Assembly: GCA_019429125.1 (NCBI GenBank)
Contig: JAHYJO010000001.1
Location: 7,088-71,087, forward strand
Reading direction: 5' to 3'
Length of the DNA: 64,000 nt
From: Nanobdellati archaeon
GTDB lineage: Archaea > EX4484-52 > GLR71
Shown here: positions 59,712-64,000 of the stretch, in pieces
Layout of the letters: every line of letters begins with the position of its first letter
Position numbering within the stretch: the first letter of the stretch is position 1
Program-made: the position numbers and the translations under genes
The notes under the pieces: model-generated
Seen by the model: the letters and a program-made list of their open reading frames with translations, nothing else
The model's database searches: none
Told to the model about the DNA's origin: nothing

Positions 59712-59719
59712 TTTTATAG
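59712..59719 (+). promoter_or_regulatory. Candidate TATA box (ttttatag) about 25 nt upstream of the nrdD-like ATG at 59741. A leaderless transcript is inferred.
   Basis: Spacing only. Confidence 0.3.
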
Positions 59720-59740
59720 ATTTTATATATGGTGGATTAG

Positions 59741-61741
59741 ATGGCTGGTAAAAAAAATAATGATTCTGAAGACAAGACACTTTTTGTGAGGACAAGCGAT
59801 GATGACATAAGGTCATGGGATAAGATGTTTATTGTTAAGTCACTTGTTGCTGAAGTAGGTATGCCCGAACCTGACGCACTTAAAGTGGCGATTGATGTTG
59901 AGTTTTTCATTAAACATTCTAATCTTAAATTCGTGTCGGCACCACTTGTCCGTGAGATAACAAATACCAAGCTTCTAGAGCATGGGTATGAGACTTATAG
60001 GAAAAGGTATACGCGTCTCGGTCTGCCACTAAATGACATGACTGATCTTTTTTTCAATAGTAATAAGGAAAATTCAAATGTGCATCATTCTTCTGAAGCT
60101 ATAAATATGACAATATCTGGCATTGCAAAGAAAGAGTATGCGCTTTTAAATGTGTTTTCAGATGATGTTGCGACTGCACATCAGAACGGTACGATTCATC
60201 TTCATGATCTTGACTTTATTGATAGGCCATACTGTACTGGCAACTCTGTTGAGTACCTTAAAAAGTTCGGGCTTGTCATGGATGGTCGCGGTAACCTTAC
60301 TGTCGCAAAACCTGCCAAGCATGCTGAGGTTCTGATACTTCACCTTACAAAGTTTGCGGCTGCGTTACAGGGTCAGTTTGCAGGGGCTATCGGGTGGGAT
60401 GCAGTCAATCTGTTCCTTGCACCATACCTTGTGGGGATGAAAGAAGATAAGATTAAACAACTTGCGCAGATGATGATATATGAGTTTGCACAGCAGGCAG
60501 TGTCTCGAGGGGGCCAGGTGACTTTCACTGACACCAATTATTTCTGGGAAGTGCCAAAACATTTTATGGATGTGCCCGCAATAGGTCCCGGCGGTAAATT
60601 TACAGGAAACAATTATTCTGAGTATGAAGAGGAATCACAGGCGTTTGCAAAAGCTGCATTTGAAGTGTACCTTAAAGGTGATGCATACGGCAGACCATTC
60701 TTTTTCCCTAAACCGGACCTTCATATAACTGAGAGATTTTTCAAGACGGATAATCATAAGGAGTTCATGGATCTTGCAACTGATGTCGCTACAAAGATGG
60801 GTAATACTTATTTCATATTTGATCGTGGTGATGAAGTTAAGATATCTGAGTGTTGTAGGTTGCAATTCAAGCTTAACGAGACTGATCTTTTGGATGTGAA
60901 GCAGCCGTGGAAGATGCGTTATTCTGCAATGCAGAACGTGACTGTCAACCTGCCAAGGGCGGCTTATTGTTCTCGTGGCAATGAAGAAGTACTTTTTGAA
61001 AAGATTTCCCAGGCTATGGAACTTGCAGCAAAGGCGCACGTGCAGAAAAAGCAGTTTATAGGTAAGATACTTGCTCTTGGTTCTTCAAGCTCTTTACCTA
61101 TACTTACTATGAATCTTGATGGTGAACCATATTATCGTTTTAATCGTGCGTCATTTTTAGTTGGTATGTTGGGTCTAAATGAGCTGGTGCAGTTCATGAC
61201 TGGTAAACAGATGCATGAGACTACTGATGCTTACAAGTATGGGCTTAAGGTAATTGCTTTCATGAGAAAGAAAACGGATGAGTTAGGTAAAAAGTATGGG
61301 ATACACATGCCACTGGAACAGACACCGGCTGAGTCAACTGCATATAGGATGGCAAAACTTGACATGGAACATTATCCTATCCCTACGGCTAAAGTGGTCA
61401 AGGGGCAGATGGGGGTACCTTATATATATTATACCAACTCTACATATTTCAATATTGGTGCACCTATGTCACCTATAGACAGGGTAACAAAGGAAGGAGC
61501 ATTTCATCCCATGATTGATGCGGGCGCAATGACACATGTATGGTTAGGCGAGAGTCAATCTGATCCTCGGTCTCTTACAAATTTTGTTATGAAGACTTTC
61601 AAGAATACTCAGAATACTCAGATTGCTTTTTCACCTGAGATTACATTCTGTAAGACATGCAACAATAAGATGACAGGGCTTAGAGATAGATGTGACAAGT
61701 GCGCAAGTGTCAAGGTTGAAGGGATAACACAATCTAAGTGA
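59741..61741 (+). CDS. nrdD: Anaerobic (class III) ribonucleoside-triphosphate reductase-like protein, with a non-canonical C-terminus.
   Basis: 666 aa. C-terminal Zn-ribbon CKTCNNKMTGLRDRCDKC (CxxC-x10-CxxC). Followed by a thioredoxin-like gene and an NrdG-type activase gene. Confidence 0.6.
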   Translation: MAGKKNNDSEDKTLFVRTSDDDIRSWDKMFIVKSLVAEVGMPEPDALKVAIDVEFFIKHSNLKFVSAPLVREITNTKLLEHGYETYRKRYTRLGLPLNDMTDLFFNSNKENSNVHHSSEAINMTISGIAKKEYALLNVFSDDVATAHQNGTIHLHDLDFIDRPYCTGNSVEYLKKFGLVMDGRGNLTVAKPAKHAEVLILHLTKFAAALQGQFAGAIGWDAVNLFLAPYLVGMKEDKIKQLAQMMIYEFAQQAVSRGGQVTFTDTNYFWEVPKHFMDVPAIGPGGKFTGNNYSEYEEESQAFAKAAFEVYLKGDAYGRPFFFPKPDLHITERFFKTDNHKEFMDLATDVATKMGNTYFIFDRGDEVKISECCRLQFKLNETDLLDVKQPWKMRYSAMQNVTVNLPRAAYCSRGNEEVLFEKISQAMELAAKAHVQKKQFIGKILALGSSSSLPILTMNLDGEPYYRFNRASFLVGMLGLNELVQFMTGKQMHETTDAYKYGLKVIAFMRKKTDELGKKYGIHMPLEQTPAESTAYRMAKLDMEHYPIPTAKVVKGQMGVPYIYYTNSTYFNIGAPMSPIDRVTKEGAFHPMIDAGAMTHVWLGESQSDPRSLTNFVMKTFKNTQNTQIAFSPEITFCKTCNNKMTGLRDRCDKCASVKVEGITQSK

Positions 61742-61885
61742 TGTCTACTGTTAAAAAACATTATTGGTAAAGTAAAGACTGTGATATATATAATTAAAAA
61801 CCTAAAATCTTTTTAAGGTGTGCATGTTATAGATAGTATAATGTAGTATTTTATTTTTATACTAAATTTAAAGAGGTAATATTGT

Positions 61886-62146
61886 ATGGAAATTAAAGTT
61901 TTCTGGCAGGCTAACTGTCCTAATTGTGCTCCCGCAAAACAGCTTGTCCGTGATGTTGTGGGTATTATGGATATTAAAGTTAGGGAATTGGATATTTCTG
62001 ATATCAACGGCATGAGTGAAGCTGCATTCCATGCTGTTATGGGAACACCGACTACAATTGTTGTTGACTCAAATGATTCTGAGATTGCTTCTTGGAGATC
62101 ACAGATTCCGTCTAAAGAGGAGCTTTTGGATGTCATCAGTAACTGA
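61886..62146 (+). CDS. Small thioredoxin/glutaredoxin-fold protein (CPNC active site).
   Basis: 86 aa. MEIKVFWQANCPNCAPAKQLV is typical of archaeal glutaredoxin-like small redox proteins. RBS-like agaggt 8 nt upstream. Confidence 0.7.
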   Translation: MEIKVFWQANCPNCAPAKQLVRDVVGIMDIKVRELDISDINGMSEAAFHAVMGTPTTIVVDSNDSEIASWRSQIPSKEELLDVISN

Positions 62147-62858
62147 AGAGCTTGAGATTTCTGGTTTTTTAGAGACCTCTTTTGTGGACTGGGACGGATT
62201 TATAACGTCTGTCATTTTTTTACCTGGTTGCAATTTAAGATGTCCGTTCTGTCATAATCATGAGCTTATATTTTCTGATAAAAGTCCAGATGATATGAAG
62301 ATTAATTCTCAACTTGTGCTGGATCATTTAAAATATAAGACTAAATGGATAGATGGGCTTACTGTGACTGGGGGGGAACCTACTTTTCATATGACAACAC
62401 TCGTTCCTTTTCTTGAGACTATTAAACAAATGGGTCTTAAGGTCAAGCTTGATACGAATGGTTCTAATCCATATGCGTTAAAAAAACTCATTGATATGAG
62501 TCTTGTGGATTATTTTGCAATGGATGTAAAAACTAGGCTTAATGACTCTGAATATCATAAGGCTACTGGTGTGGATATATCTGTTGACAAGATACGGGAA
62601 AGCATAAGGTTAATAATTAATTCTGGGGTAAATCATGAATTCAGGACTACAGTTGTTCCTACTTTAGTTTCTGTTTCGGATTTGGTATCTATTGCAAAAG
62701 ATCTTAATGGTTGCAGGTTGTATGTTCTTCAAAAGTTTCATAATGAGAATGCATGGAAAGAACCTTTTAAATCATTGGTATCTTATACTGATGATGAAAT
62801 GAAAGTTATGGGTGATGCAATACCTAGGTCTGTGACTGTCAAGCTGAGATTAAGGTGA
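62130..62858 (+). CDS. nrdG: Anaerobic ribonucleotide reductase activating protein (radical SAM).
   Basis: GCNLRCPFCHN (CxxxCxxC) near the N-terminus. The ATG at 62130 overlaps the upstream stop (ATGTCATCAGTAACTGA). The track start at 62016 was not used. Confidence 0.8.
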   Translation: MSSVTEELEISGFLETSFVDWDGFITSVIFLPGCNLRCPFCHNHELIFSDKSPDDMKINSQLVLDHLKYKTKWIDGLTVTGGEPTFHMTTLVPFLETIKQMGLKVKLDTNGSNPYALKKLIDMSLVDYFAMDVKTRLNDSEYHKATGVDISVDKIRESIRLIINSGVNHEFRTTVVPTLVSVSDLVSIAKDLNGCRLYVLQKFHNENAWKEPFKSLVSYTDDEMKVMGDAIPRSVTVKLRLR

Positions 62859-62933
62859 TGTTTTTTGTATTTCTATTTTGTTTTTTGTAATAATTATATA
62901 TGTCTGTAACTAATAAGATATTGTTATAGTTGT

Positions 62934-63491
62934 TTGCTTATGTATCTGGCGTATATCTTACCATTTATTGAATTGGTTGAAAGTCTGCAGCTGTCTGCAA
63001 TACTTTCACAGATATATTTTATTATTTCAGTGCCATTTTTTAATTCAGATATATTGTGGACTGTATTTCCTTTGATTACTACAACTATTATAATTGAACT
63101 TTATTTCGGGTCGCATAAAGAAGAGTCTCTCGGGTGGAACAGTGCAACTGCAAATGGTCTTGTGCTTGTCTATGTTGGCATTAATATTGTAAAAGACCTG
63201 CTTGATTCGGGTGCATTTAATACTGATTTGTTGGGGTCTCAGATTGCTTTGGGTATACTTGGTATGGGTGGTCTTTTGGTTTTTGTAAGTTTTTTCCATA
63301 TATTGCCTAAAGAGATTGCATTTTTTATATCCTCTGGGCTTGTTGTGCATTACCTTGCATTTTTAGGTGTGGTGTTCATATATACGGGTATTGTATATAC
63401 TGAATTGACACTTTATGCAGCTATATTGATATTTGTGGCACTTGTTTTGTTCTTTAATATTGTAAAATATTTTGAGCCTGATTTGGACTGA
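62934..63491 (+). CDS. Hypothetical polytopic membrane protein (185 aa).
   Basis: Several hydrophobic helices. No recognisable family. Confidence 0.45.
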   Translation: MLMYLAYILPFIELVESLQLSAILSQIYFIISVPFFNSDILWTVFPLITTTIIIELYFGSHKEESLGWNSATANGLVLVYVGINIVKDLLDSGAFNTDLLGSQIALGILGMGGLLVFVSFFHILPKEIAFFISSGLVVHYLAFLGVVFIYTGIVYTELTLYAAILIFVALVLFFNIVKYFEPDLD

Positions 63492-63508
63492 GAATTAATA
63501 GATGTTCT

Positions 63509-63765
63509 GTACTTGTTTAGCAAAAAAATAATAGGCATGCTACGACCATTATGATGTAACTTACATACATTATACTTTTTATAAAATCAATAGCTACAGC
63601 TTGAAAATGTGTAGTTAATTTTTGTTAAAAAATATTTACTCCTTTTTTGTAAAATCGATAGCCTGCAAGTAACGTAGAAAATTATAACTTAAAAATATTT
63701 CAACAAATAATGACCCTATCAAAAAAATCGTAAGCAAGTAAGACAAAATTTAGCTAAACAAGTAT
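63509..63765. mobile_element. 257-bp MITE-like element, copy 2. TIR GTACTTGTTTAGC / GCTAAACAAGTAt (12/13). Flanked by GATGTTCT / GAGGTTCT (7/8). Lies 30 bp from the 3' end of tRNA-Ser.
   Basis: About 8 mismatches over 256 aligned bases against copy 1. Flanking 8-mers at 63501-63508 and 63766-63773. Confidence 0.65.
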
Positions 63766-63795
63766 GAGGTTCTTATTTATAATTATTAAAAAAAG

Positions 63796-63881
63796 CGTGG
63801 GGGACGAGATTTGAACTCGTGTGAGTCGAAGACTCAGTAACTTAGCAGGCTACCGCCATGGCCGGGCTAGGCGACCCCCAC
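63796..63881 (-). tRNA. tRNA-Ser (anticodon GCU), class II with a long variable arm, no encoded CCA.
   Basis: Manual fold of the reverse complement. Acceptor GTGGGGG/CCCCCAC, 3-bp D-stem with AGCCCGGCCA D-loop, anticodon stem GTAGC/GTTAC, loop CTGCTAA, variable arm GAGTC-TTC-GACTC, T-arm ACGAG-TTCAAAT-CTCGT, discriminator G. Confidence 0.85.
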
Positions 63882-64000
63882 AAAAAAATATTTGTTTATC
63901 TTTTCTTTTCGAGGCAAAACTTTAAATTCTTGTTTGATTGAAATATATTTACTGAAACAACAAAACTTAATAAAGATTTATATATAATGTGTTATTAAGT

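Noticed and set aside
62016-62129. Track start at 62016 for the NrdG ORF
   Set aside because: That start would overlap the thioredoxin-like gene by 130 nt in another frame. The ATG at 62130 overlaps only the stop codon and yields a normal-length NrdG.
27219-63765. 36.3-kb segment bounded by the two 257-bp direct repeats, with a tRNA at one end, considered as an integrated element or genomic island
   Set aside because: The flanking 8-bp duplications differ between the two copies (independent insertions). The interior carries core genes (A-ATPase, NrdD/NrdG, NAC, NAD kinase). No integrase, transposase or att-like overlap with the tRNA 3' end. Flagged only as a possible recombination substrate.

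Overview
AT-rich archaeal chromosomal window, about one-third GC by eye. Archaeal markers are a full set of A/V-type ATP synthase subunits (H, I, K, K, E, C, F, A, B, D), NAC-alpha, heavy N-glycosylation-sequon usage in exported proteins, and a tRNA without encoded CCA. The first ~36 kb is a same-strand island of secreted or membrane-anchored glycoproteins. It is dominated by a 5'-truncated giant protein (more than 5,749 aa) built from ~1,000-aa super-repeats. The C-terminus of that protein has a single TM span followed by a cytoplasmic FtsK/HerA-superfamily P-loop ATPase domain, an architecture I do not recognise as described. This is followed by a coiled-coil protein, a second 1,973-aa anchored glycoprotein and six or seven further exported proteins with overlapping starts. 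The second half is housekeeping: a TctA-like permease, an ABC exporter, NAC, and an A-ATPase gene set kept in canonical order but interrupted by unrelated genes. The ATPase set includes tandem proteolipid genes, one carrying E->Q at the ion-binding position. Further genes are a HAD hydrolase, a VOC protein, NAD kinase, malic enzyme, a ZIP transporter, an untracked 56-aa ferredoxin, a class III RNR-like / thioredoxin-like / NrdG cluster and tRNA-Ser(GCU). Two 97%-identical copies of a 257-bp non-coding element with perfect 13-bp terminal inverted repeats and 8-bp flanking duplications lie at 27219 and 63509, the second 30 bp from the tRNA. No CRISPR, rRNA, integrase or transposase was seen.
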